Below, piece after piece: positions 19,340 through 27,593 of a DNA stretch of 30,796 nt. The stretch spans positions 1 to 30,796 of the IMG/VR virus record IMGVR_UViG_3300043429_001389; one strand, given 5' to 3'. This DNA comes from a virus. Lineage: Duplodnaviria > Caudoviricetes. Within the stretch, counting starts at the first letter, position 1, and the number at the start of each line of letters is the position of its first letter. A model generated the notes under the pieces. That model saw only the letters and a list, made by a program, of their open reading frames with translations, did no database searches and was not told where the DNA came from. Both the position numbers and the translations under genes were made by a program.

Positions 19340-19498
19340 TCACTCCTTCGAGAAGGTGGCATCCTCGCTCGGAGCCGCTTCGACCATAATCTGCTGGGTG
19401 GTGACCTCGCCCGTCTCCTCGTTGACGTACGACTCGGACAGCCACTTGTCGCCGTTCTCGTCGAGGAAGAGGATCTCGCCGGTTTTCGTGAGCGCCAT
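19340..19498 (-). CDS. Small acidic hypothetical protein (52 aa)
   Basis: MALTKTGEILFLDENGDKWLSESYVNEETGEVTTQQIMVEAAPSEDATFSKE exactly fills the gap between the 964-aa gene and the holin. Confidence 0.6.
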   Translation of the reverse strand: MALTKTGEILFLDENGDKWLSESYVNEETGEVTTQQIMVEAAPSEDATFSKE

Positions 19499-19500
19499 GA

Positions 19501-22395
19501 TCAGAACCCTTTGATGAGCAGGTAGGTGAGCGTCGCGCCCGTACCAGCGGTGCTGACGCGACCGCGAACCAGTTGCGACTGCACGTTGTTCACGGTCAGT
19601 TGGACGGTCGAGCCGACCGTGCCGGCGAGCGCGGCGCCGATGGCATACCACGTCACGCCGTTGTCGTCGGAGCCTTCGAGTTGGATCGACGGCGCGGTGC
19701 CGCCGGCCGCGAGCGCGAGGACCGCCTGGACGTTTCGGCAGTTCTGCACGTTCAGCGACGCGGTCGCCTGGTTCAGCGTGTTCACCGCCAGCGCGCGGTC
19801 GATCAGTTGCCGGATCAGCGGCACGTCGTCGCTCGACTGGAGGCGGTTCACCGCTCGGGTGAAGCTCGGCGTCGAGCCGCCCAGCGTCTGCACATAGCGC
19901 ACGCGGTTGCCGGTAAGCGGGAGCTTCGGGCTGCGGTAGATGCCGACAGCGGTGATCCTGGGAAAGTCGTAGACCTTGAACCAGTTCGTACCCGCGTCGT
20001 CGCTCTCTTCGACGGAGAAGTCGAGCGTCGGGTTCGTACCCGTGACGACCGTCACCGGAATGTTGACCTCGTAGCTCGTACCGAAGGTCGGCGTGAACGC
20101 AGCGGTCGTGGCGGTCGCGGCGAGCGCGGCCGAGGCCACGTCCGCGACGGTACCGGGAATGTTCAAGTTCGCGGCGGTGACGGCGGCGACCGTGGTGACC
20201 GTGGTGACCGTCGTCACCGTGCCGGACGAAACCGTGACCGCTGCCGTGCCACCTTGGAGAACGGCGGGGATGGCGCCGGCCGAATCGGTCGCGGGGCGCG
20301 GGATGTGTTCGACGCGCTGGCGTTCGTAGTCGAAGATCCGCACGAACGACAGGCGGAAGTCCGTGCGCCGCACGACCGCGCCACCGGCCGCCGCGCTGAA
20401 GTCCGCAGGCCACGTCTGCCCAGGCAGCGCGACGAGCGTCAGCGCAGTGGTCGCTTGGTTGGCGACCTTCCACGTTCCGTCGACACCGAGCAGGGTACCG
20501 TTCGTGGTGTTCGTGCAGCCCACGACTTCGACGAGGTCACCGATGGACATCGCCCAGTTGCCACTGCCCGTCAGCACCAGTTGTCGCTGCCCGTCCGCCA
20601 GCGTCGACAGCGCGACGTTCGTCACGGTCTGCGCCTGGGCGCCGAGCGCCGACATGAGGTTGCCACCTTGAACCTTGGCGACGAAGCCACCGTAGGCGAC
20701 ACCCGTCGTGCCGGTGCCGATCACAGCGGTGAACGTCGTGGCGTCGACCACCGTCACCGCAGTCGCGGTCGCCAGGTTCGGGAACGCCGCCGCCGCGCTG
20801 CTGCTGGAGCCGAAGTAGTTGACGAGGTCGCCGGTCGCGAGTCCGTGCGGCGTGGCCGTGACGAATGTGCCGGTGGTCGTGCCGGACTTCGTAACGGAGG
20901 TCACCTTCGCGCTGATCACCGACAGCGACTTGTTGTTGATCGCGCGCAGCCGGAACTTGTACGACTTGTCCGGCGTCGGGCAGACCTGAGTGCGCAGCAG
21001 GCGACCCGTGCTTTGCGTCAGCGAGTCGACCGCAGCGTCGTGCCACTGCACGCGGTCCGCTTGCATCGTCATGCGGTACTCGGTCGTCGGCGCGAACGAG
21101 TACGCATACGCAGCCGTCGCACCAGCGAGTTGCACCGATGCCGTGGTGCCGACGGTGACCGCGTGCGCGCCACCGATCACACCCGACGGCAGCGCGTCAC
21201 CCGACTCGGAGCGGACGTAGAGGTTCGCCTGGGTGGCGGTCGCCGTCTCGAAAATCTGCGAGATCGCGTCTTGCGCGCGACCGAAACGCTCGCGGTTGTA
21301 GACGAAGCCGGAATTGTTGACGGTCGCGATGGTGCCGGTGGCGACCGTACAGGTGAACTGCGTCGGAGACGGCGTGGTCGCGACGACGAGGTTGGGGTAG
21401 TTGGCGGCGAGGTTCGAGCAGTCGCGAATGCCGATGCAGCGACCGACGGTCAGGCCGTGCGGCAGCGTCGTGTTCACCGTCAGAACCGTGGTGGTCTGCG
21501 ACAGCGACGCGATGGCGAGATCAGCGGCCTCGGGCAGAGTCGCATCGGTCGAGACGACCTCGACCGAGAACTCCTGGCCGACCGTCCGCTGGCTCATCGA
21601 CGCGCCGAAGGCGATGTCGATGGGCAAATCGAAGGTGATCGCAGTCTCCACGTCGGTGCGCGTGCCCGCATCGAACGGGGACTTGGACACGACGAGGTAG
21701 CTCGCGGCGGCGGTGTTTCCGTCTAGCATGACGATGTCACCATTGGCTTTCGTCTCCAGCCAGCGGCCACCCGTGTTCGGCACGTACTCCTCGAACGCCT
21801 CGCGGAACTTCGTCGTGATGTTCTGCGAGATCACGTCCACCGCTTCCGAGCGAAGCTGGGCGTTCGTCAGCGGACCCGTGACGGGCACGGCGCCGCCGAC
21901 GAGGGCCGGGGTCTTCGCGTCGATGGAACCGATGCCCGCGACCGCCGGGCCGTCGGCGGCCAGCGTAGCGCGCAGCGTGTTCGCGTCGGCGTTGCCCACA
22001 CCCCGGCTGTAGTTCGGCGCGGTCGGAACGGCGGCGGCGCGCAGTTGCGCGTCGGTCAGCCCAGTCGATACGACGGGTTCGAGGTTCGCCAGGTTCGGCG
22101 CGTTCGCGAGGTCGACGCCCGTCGAATGGTTGCGCCACAGCACGGCTACGGTCGTCGGCGTGCTGGTCACGTCGATCACCTGAGCCTGCGTGATCAGATC
22201 GCCCACGGTCGCGCCCGTGAACGCGGTCTTCACGCGGTAGGTGAGCATGACGATCTCGCGGTCGATGGTGCTGCCACCACCGCCGCCACCGCCGCCTGCC
22301 GTTTGGAGCGTGCCGTCGGCCGCGACCTTCAGCGGAATCGGCTCACCGCCTGCGGTCAGGCCGTAGACGAGAACGAGATCGTTGACTTGGTTCAT
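19501..22395 (-). CDS. Large Thr/Ala/Gly/Val-rich beta-structured protein, putative virion appendage (964 aa)
   Basis: Long ORF with phage-typical codon bias. Gly8 linker, two LT.AQLR motifs, repeated HGL..G / IGDLV.V.G modules and two Asp-box-like motifs (SDDAGTNW, SDDNGVTW). Function is inferred. Confidence 0.6.
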   Translation of the reverse strand: MNQVNDLVLVYGLTAGGEPIPLKVAADGTLQTAGGGGGGGGSTIDREIVMLTYRVKTAFTGATVGDLITQAQVIDVTSTPTTVAVLWRNHSTGVDLANAPNLANLEPVVSTGLTDAQLRAAAVPTAPNYSRGVGNADANTLRATLAADGPAVAGIGSIDAKTPALVGGAVPVTGPLTNAQLRSEAVDVISQNITTKFREAFEEYVPNTGGRWLETKANGDIVMLDGNTAAASYLVVSKSPFDAGTRTDVETAITFDLPIDIAFGASMSQRTVGQEFSVEVVSTDATLPEAADLAIASLSQTTTVLTVNTTLPHGLTVGRCIGIRDCSNLAANYPNLVVATTPSPTQFTCTVATGTIATVNNSGFVYNRERFGRAQDAISQIFETATATQANLYVRSESGDALPSGVIGGAHAVTVGTTASVQLAGATAAYAYSFAPTTEYRMTMQADRVQWHDAAVDSLTQSTGRLLRTQVCPTPDKSYKFRLRAINNKSLSVISAKVTSVTKSGTTTGTFVTATPHGLATGDLVNYFGSSSSAAAAFPNLATATAVTVVDATTFTAVIGTGTTGVAYGGFVAKVQGGNLMSALGAQAQTVTNVALSTLADGQRQLVLTGSGNWAMSIGDLVEVVGCTNTTNGTLLGVDGTWKVANQATTALTLVALPGQTWPADFSAAAGGAVVRRTDFRLSFVRIFDYERQRVEHIPRPATDSAGAIPAVLQGGTAAVTVSSGTVTTVTTVTTVAAVTAANLNIPGTVADVASAALAATATTAAFTPTFGTSYEVNIPVTVVTGTNPTLDFSVEESDDAGTNWFKVYDFPRITAVGIYRSPKLPLTGNRVRYVQTLGGSTPSFTRAVNRLQSSDDVPLIRQLIDRALAVNTLNQATASLNVQNCRNVQAVLALAAGGTAPSIQLEGSDDNGVTWYAIGAALAGTVGSTVQLTVNNVQSQLVRGRVSTAGTGATLTYLLIKGF

Positions 22396-22434
22396 GCTGA
22401 TGTCCGTGTGAGAGTCGCGCGGAGTCCGCTGCGG

Positions 22435-24030
22435 TTACTGCTGCGAACCCGGATCGTTCGGGTCTTGGGGGTCTGCGGGATCGGTGGGATCGGTGGGGTC
22501 GGTGGCCGGATCGGCAGCGAGATCGGCTGGGTCGACGCTCAGACCCAGTTCCTCCTCGCGTTCCTTGTCGGCCGCGCGTTCCGCATCGACTTCGTCGGGG
22601 TCGTCGCCGCGCTCGCCGATGACGCTCGAACGACTGCGGAAGCCGGCCTGCACTTCCATCTGCTTGCCCTGCGGGTCTTGGACCGGATGGATGTAGGCCC
22701 ACCCGTGCGGCGCCCATTCGGCGCGGCGCACGGCGTCGAATTCCGCCTGCGCGATGGCACCGATCAGCGTCGCGGCCTCGGCGAACCAGCGCATCACAGG
22801 CACGCACAGCATGGGGATTACGATCTGCCACTGGCGCTGCTCGGCCAGGCGGCGGAACTCGTTGATCAGCACGCGCAGCGTGCGATCCGACACGTCCTTG
22901 ATGTCGCCCGAGAACACCTCGTACGGCAGGCCGGTCGCGGCGGACGTGCCCAGGTGCTGCGTCCGCATGTAGTCGCTGTAGGTCGTGCCGGCCTCGGGCG
23001 GGTTCGACCACTGCACCTCTTGCCCGTCGTCGAGTTCCTGCACCAGGCCCGGCTGAAGGCCCACCAGCGGCCTGCCTTCGTCGTCCTGCTCGGTACCCTG
23101 CCCGGTCATGCCGTGCAGATCCTCGTCGCCCGTGATCGGCGGGAGCTTGCGCGAGATGAACGCGACGATTAGGTTCGCCAGTTGCTGACGGGTCAGCGTC
23201 GCGTCGTCGTAATCTTCGATGGTCCGCAGGCGCGCGAGAACCGGCGCGAGCATCGACACGCCGCGCACCTGGCCCGGTCGCAGCGGCTCGAAGATGTGAC
23301 ACATCTCACTCGCCGGAACGCGCACCAGCGAGTCGGGCGTTGCGGACGACAGCATCGCGCCGTCGCCGGGATGCTCCTTGTAGACCCAGTAGGCGATGCG
23401 GCGTCCGCGCTTGTTGAACTCGATTCCGCTGCGGATGAAGTTGCCCTGCGGCAGACCCTGGTAGGCCGTCGCGTCGAGCATCGGCACCATCTCAGGTTCG
23501 AGCATCTGAAGCTGCATCGGCACCGCCAGTCCCTCGTCGAGGAACCGCGAGCGCCGACGCACGAACACCTCACCCGCGTCGAGCCAGGTGCGAACGGCCA
23601 GCGTCTGCTGCCCGTAGAAGTTCAGCACGCCGTCCGCGTCGGACTGCTGCACGAAGTCCTTCCACAGGTCGGTGATCTCGGCCTTGCGGGTGGCGGACGT
23701 GATTCGCTTGAAGCGCGGCGTGATCCCGATGCCGACGAGGCTCGTCGACCATTTCTGCACGGCGCTCGCGCCGCTCCAGTCGTTGCGACTGGAGTCCCGC
23801 GACCTGTCGCGGATCTTCTGCAAGCCCGAGAGCGCACGGTTGGGGCCGCTCGAACCGGGGTTCCAGCCGGCCATGCGCCGGCCGCTGCCGGCAGCGTTGT
23901 AGCGCGCCCGCACGCCGAGCTTGGAGGTGCCTTGCACACCTTCCTGGCCGCCCTGCTGACCCTTCAGCGCATCGACGACCGCGCGCGTGATCAGCGTTTC
24001 GACCTTGGGCGGTCGACCACGGGCCGCCAC
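22435..24030 (-). CDS. Portal protein, lambda family (531 aa)
   Basis: RDRSRD..RND, LQMLEPEM, IRSGIEFNKRG...AYW...HPGD, RPGQVRGV...APV and W.YIHP..D motifs. Confidence 0.93.
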   Translation of the reverse strand: MAARGRPPKVETLITRAVVDALKGQQGGQEGVQGTSKLGVRARYNAAGSGRRMAGWNPGSSGPNRALSGLQKIRDRSRDSSRNDWSGASAVQKWSTSLVGIGITPRFKRITSATRKAEITDLWKDFVQQSDADGVLNFYGQQTLAVRTWLDAGEVFVRRRSRFLDEGLAVPMQLQMLEPEMVPMLDATAYQGLPQGNFIRSGIEFNKRGRRIAYWVYKEHPGDGAMLSSATPDSLVRVPASEMCHIFEPLRPGQVRGVSMLAPVLARLRTIEDYDDATLTRQQLANLIVAFISRKLPPITGDEDLHGMTGQGTEQDDEGRPLVGLQPGLVQELDDGQEVQWSNPPEAGTTYSDYMRTQHLGTSAATGLPYEVFSGDIKDVSDRTLRVLINEFRRLAEQRQWQIVIPMLCVPVMRWFAEAATLIGAIAQAEFDAVRRAEWAPHGWAYIHPVQDPQGKQMEVQAGFRSRSSVIGERGDDPDEVDAERAADKEREEELGLSVDPADLAADPATDPTDPTDPADPQDPNDPGSQQ

Positions 24031-24031
24031 G

Positions 24032-24253
24032 TCAGAACCCCTTGCCGGACTGGTACAGCAGGGTCTGCTTCGCGCGCCGCTTCCCCGTCGTCTGCGCGGT
24101 CTGCGCGGACAACTGGGTCTGCATGTCGTTGCGGGCCTTGATGAGGCTCTCGGTCGTGTTGTAGATGACCGTCTGCCCGCCGATGGTCACGCTGCGCGTA
24201 CCGCTCGCGATGGCGCGATTGAGGCTGTCGATATCGGACTGGGTGACCGGCAT
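24032..24253 (-). CDS. Head-tail joining protein, gpW-like (73 aa)
   Basis: ATG at 24253 (MPVTQSDIDSLNRAIASGTRSVTIGGQTVIY...), located between terL and portal. Confidence 0.8.
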   Translation of the reverse strand: MPVTQSDIDSLNRAIASGTRSVTIGGQTVIYNTTESLIKARNDMQTQLSAQTAQTTGKRRAKQTLLYQSGKGF

Positions 24254-24260
24254 GGGCCGG

Positions 24261-24303
24261 ATTATGGCTCGCGCTTTAGCAAGCACGCGTGCGGCGGAAT
24301 TTC
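24261..24303 (-). promoter_or_regulatory. Putative activator-dependent late promoter for the gpW-portal operon
   Basis: Minus strand GAAATTCCGCCGCA (24303-24290), 23 bp, then CATAAT (24266-24261). An 8-bp dyad TTTCGCGC-gttaa-GCGCGAAA lies at 24312-24332. Confidence 0.65.
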
Positions 24304-24338
24304 CAGCTTTATTTCGCGCGTTAAGCGCGAAAAATCAC

Positions 24339-26519
24339 CTACCGCAGGTACGGGCTGACGGCAGACCGGCGCGGCCGGCGCCCGGTCGGGTTCACGATCC
24401 GCACGGGGCGAGGCTCGACGGGCTGCTCGACGGCCTCGTTCTCCTTCATTTCGCGCCGCTCCTCGCTGGTCACGACCAGCGAGTTCATCTCCAACGGGGC
24501 GATCCACGCCGGAACCGCGTTCCAGTCACGGATCTTGTCGAGGCCCAGGCGCAGCATTCCGGCGCGGATCATCCGGCACAGGTCGAAGCTCTCGTTTCGC
24601 TTGCGGATCTGATGCCACCGGCCGTCCTTGCCCCGCTGCTCGGCTTTAAGCTCGTCGAAGAACGCCTGCGGAAGCCACCCCTCGGGGTTCTGCGTCGCGT
24701 GCTTGGGACGCGGGAAGTGGATGTAGCCCGGCCCCGGCGTCGCGCGGCGCAGGCCGGCGTCCACGCCGTCGGACAGCAGGTTCGGGTTGCACAGGTACAG
24801 GGGCACGTCGCCCTTGTCCTTCGCGCCACGCTTTCCGACGCGCGATAGCTTGAGGATGGGCGCGTTGGGCGTATTCGCGCCCTTGTAGAGCATGACGCGG
24901 TCCGCCATGTCCTCGGATCGCACGCGGCGGAACCACCCGTAAGCGTTCGCGGTCGCGCCGTCCTCGCCGCCCGTGTCGACGACCAGCAGGCGCAGCTTGA
25001 TCTCGCGCCCCTCTTCCGGCGTGCGCCAGGTCGAGCGCAGCAGGCGCTCGGTCAGCACGTCCCAGTCTTCCGCGTAGGTGGCGGGGTCGATCGGTGCCTT
25101 GTCCTGCCCCATGCCCTCGCGATTCGAGTGCCGGATCTCGAATCGGTCGACGAGCCACTGCTCCATGTGCGGGCCGACGGCGTGGATCTGCACGACGAAC
25201 CGCGCCGTCGAGCCGCCCTGCACGTCGACTGCCGCGACGACGCACCGCGTGTCGGCCGGCACCACGTAGCGCACTAGGCCGTCGTCGGGGCGGTCTTCGA
25301 GCGGCTTCGCGCGCCCGCTGGCCTCGACGAGGTGCCGGCTCATGTACGGCATCGCCTGGTCGGTGTTCGTCGTCGCCTTGAGCGTCTCTTCCGAGCCGGT
25401 CAGCGCGTAGTCCTGCAACCCCTGGAGGTAGCGCAGCACCAGCGATTCCCACGACTGGTACGCCGCCGCGACGCCACCCAGCCAGTAGCCGGCGATCTTC
25501 GCGCTCGGCTCGGGGCCGACGATTTCGCCCTGCGGCGTCACGATGCAGTTGTCCGGCACCCACAGGCCGCCAGCGTTCAGCGACATCTTGTGCGAGTACG
25601 GGATCTCGACCGCGCACGACGGGCAGATGATTCGCCGGCCGTAGTGCCGCGCGAGCGCGCGAAGGTCGGAGGTCCGGACCACTTCGTTCAGTTCGCGGTC
25701 GTCGGGTAGGTTGAACAGCCCGAGGCCCGGCCGCGCCTCGAAGTGGTCATTGCAGTCGGGGCATTGCCAGTACCAGCGGCGCCGATCGCTGCGGTTGTAG
25801 ATGCCCAGGACGCCGGTCACGGGCGGCGCTTCGTGCGCGGTCGCAGCGCGCCAGTTCGGGTCTTCCCATTCGATGCCCGGCGACGACTCGACGAGCGCCA
25901 TTCCGCGCGACAGGAAGGTCGTCGTGCGCTTCAGCGCGAGCGAGAAGAGCGGCCCCTCCCCGTCCACGTTCTCCGCGTTCGGGATCCGGTCGAGGTCGGT
26001 GATCGCGACGTAGCGGTAGGTCGATCCGGAGACGTTCGAGACGGTCGGCCAGGCCACCCGGACCCACATCCCATGCTTGAACATGATGTCGTGGGTGTTC
26101 CGGTCCGCCGACGAGCTACTGAGCATCTCCTTGATCGCCGGGCTGTTGTCGATCGCCCGTGCGAGGTCGGTCTTCGAGAATTCGCGCGCCTTGTCTTGCG
26201 TCATCGACAGGAACAGGAAGTCGCCGGGGTCGCAGACGACCGCGTGCGCCATCCAGCCGAGCAGCAGCGAAAGCGTCTTGCCGACGCGCGCCGGGCCGGC
26301 GAAGCACACCGCTTCGTGGCGCCTGCTGGCGAGCATGTCCATCGGCTCGACCATGTACGGCGTCTCCGTGGCGCTCCACGGGCCGCCGGCCATGCCGGGC
26401 TGCTTGACGATGAGGAACTTCGCAGCCGCGTCCGCGACGCTGGTCGCCTGGGGCGGCTTGAATGCGAGGTACGCGGACGCGAGATCGCTCAGTGCGAGCG
26501 CGTAATGCTCGTCGAACAT
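24339..26519 (-). CDS. terL: Terminase large subunit, lambda GpA family (726 aa)
   Basis: ATG 26519 overlaps the terS stop (TGATG). TPYM.EPM, Walker A GPARVGKT, ESSPG, CPDC/CPSC Zn-finger, AAVDVQ, VDTGG and RNE.FD nuclease motifs. Confidence 0.93.
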   Translation of the reverse strand: MFDEHYALALSDLASAYLAFKPPQATSVADAAAKFLIVKQPGMAGGPWSATETPYMVEPMDMLASRRHEAVCFAGPARVGKTLSLLLGWMAHAVVCDPGDFLFLSMTQDKAREFSKTDLARAIDNSPAIKEMLSSSSADRNTHDIMFKHGMWVRVAWPTVSNVSGSTYRYVAITDLDRIPNAENVDGEGPLFSLALKRTTTFLSRGMALVESSPGIEWEDPNWRAATAHEAPPVTGVLGIYNRSDRRRWYWQCPDCNDHFEARPGLGLFNLPDDRELNEVVRTSDLRALARHYGRRIICPSCAVEIPYSHKMSLNAGGLWVPDNCIVTPQGEIVGPEPSAKIAGYWLGGVAAAYQSWESLVLRYLQGLQDYALTGSEETLKATTNTDQAMPYMSRHLVEASGRAKPLEDRPDDGLVRYVVPADTRCVVAAVDVQGGSTARFVVQIHAVGPHMEQWLVDRFEIRHSNREGMGQDKAPIDPATYAEDWDVLTERLLRSTWRTPEEGREIKLRLLVVDTGGEDGATANAYGWFRRVRSEDMADRVMLYKGANTPNAPILKLSRVGKRGAKDKGDVPLYLCNPNLLSDGVDAGLRRATPGPGYIHFPRPKHATQNPEGWLPQAFFDELKAEQRGKDGRWHQIRKRNESFDLCRMIRAGMLRLGLDKIRDWNAVPAWIAPLEMNSLVVTSEERREMKENEAVEQPVEPRPVRIVNPTGRRPRRSAVSPYLR

Positions 26520-26917
26520 CAGTCGTCCGTGAGCATCCGGAGGTCGCGAGCGGCGTCGGCGAGCGTGTCGGCGAGGATCGCGTCGACCTTGGCGCACACG
26601 TCCGGCGCCACGCCCTGCCGTTCGAGGTTATCGCCGACGGATCGCAGGGTCTGAGCGACGGCGGACATGATCGTGGTCGACGCCTGCCGCACGGAGTCGC
26701 GCGAGACGTACTCGCCGCTCTTGATGCGGAACTGAAGCTCATGCATGTCGGCCAGCGCGGCCTCTTTTCGCGCCTTGGCCTTCTCGAAGTCGATGATCCG
26801 CTCGGGTTTCTCGTAGGCGCCAGCCTTGCGCCCGGCGCCCGGCCGCGCGCCGCCGCGACCGTCCACGCGGTCCAGCACCTCGAAGCCTTCGTAGAACAGA
26901 TCCTCGTTGCCGTTCAT
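26519..26917 (-). CDS. terS: Terminase small subunit (132 aa)
   Basis: Upstream of and coupled to terL. GRGGARPGAGRK motif and KARKEAALAD..EL......GEYV coiled coil as in Nu1-like TerS. Start taken as ATG 26917. Confidence 0.8.
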   Translation of the reverse strand: MNGNEDLFYEGFEVLDRVDGRGGARPGAGRKAGAYEKPERIIDFEKAKARKEAALADMHELQFRIKSGEYVSRDSVRQASTTIMSAVAQTLRSVGDNLERQGVAPDVCAKVDAILADTLADAARDLRMLTDD

Positions 26918-27119
26918 CGGCCCGATTGTTTCGCATTCGCCAACCGTTGGCAAGCGCGAAACGATTCAGACCTCGAAAATCTCAAAACTCGCGAGCATCG
27001 GGCCTCAGCGGTCCCGCACGTTCGCGGGCGCTCGCAGGGTCCCCGGCGGCGCGCGGCCCGTTGCCTCGGGTCGCATCGGCACCACGGGCACAGCACTAGT
27101 CGCGTGCCCAGGGCGAGGC

Positions 27120-27295
<176 letters not shown>

Positions 27296-27333
27296 GGGCC
27301 GCACTAGGTACGTGCCCAGGGCGAGGCACTGCT

Positions 27334-27405
27334 AGTCCCTCCAGTCCCTCCAGTCCCTCCAGTCCCTCCAGTCCCTCCAGTCCCTCCAGTCCCTCCAGTC
27401 CCTCC
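27334..27405. repeat. Tandem repeat (AGTCCCTCC)8
   Basis: Eight perfect 9-bp copies read directly. Confidence 0.97.
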
Positions 27406-27485
27406 AGAGCGGCCCGAGTCCGTGCCATCCGAAGCACCACCGGACCGCACTAGGTACGTGCCCAGGGCGAGGCACTGCGAACGAA

Positions 27486-27511
27486 TGCCGTTCGTGCGCC
27501 GACGAACGGTA
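27486..27511. other. Candidate cosN (terminase nicking) dyad
   Basis: TGCCGTTCGT-gcgccg-ACGAACGGTA (10-bp arms, one mismatch), central 12-mer CGTGCGCCGACG. Upstream of terS and exactly at a compositional boundary. Confidence 0.4.
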
Positions 27512-27552
27512 GGCAGAGTGTGCGAAAAGTCTCGATTCCGTATTACCGTGCG

Positions 27553-27561
27553 TGCTAAAGT
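27553..27561 (+). promoter_or_regulatory. Putative extended -10 sigma70 promoter for the plus-strand island
   Basis: TGcTAAAGT lies ~33 nt upstream of ATG 27594. The -35 region is poor. Confidence 0.4.
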
Positions 27562-27593
27562 TTCGCATCGGCTAACGCAACGGACCCGACGCC

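Noticed and set aside
25985-26020. TerL Walker B reads YVAITDLD rather than hhhhDE
   Set aside because: As I recall, TD(Y/L)D variants occur in a subgroup of GpA terminases. The gene is otherwise intact, so this is not evidence of a pseudogene.
26500-26597. ORF-track starts for terL (26597), terS (26953), gpW (24286), endolysin (19240), holin (19362) and Rz (1003)
   Set aside because: These are longest-ORF extensions overlapping neighbouring genes or promoters. Downstream starts with coupling or SD evidence were preferred.
936-26654. Long plus-strand ORFs antisense to structural genes (e.g. 936..2789, 9614..11662, 19573..21726)
   Set aside because: Shadow ORFs of high-GC coding DNA. They are Arg/Gly-rich, have no recognisable motifs, and fully overlap well-supported minus-strand genes.
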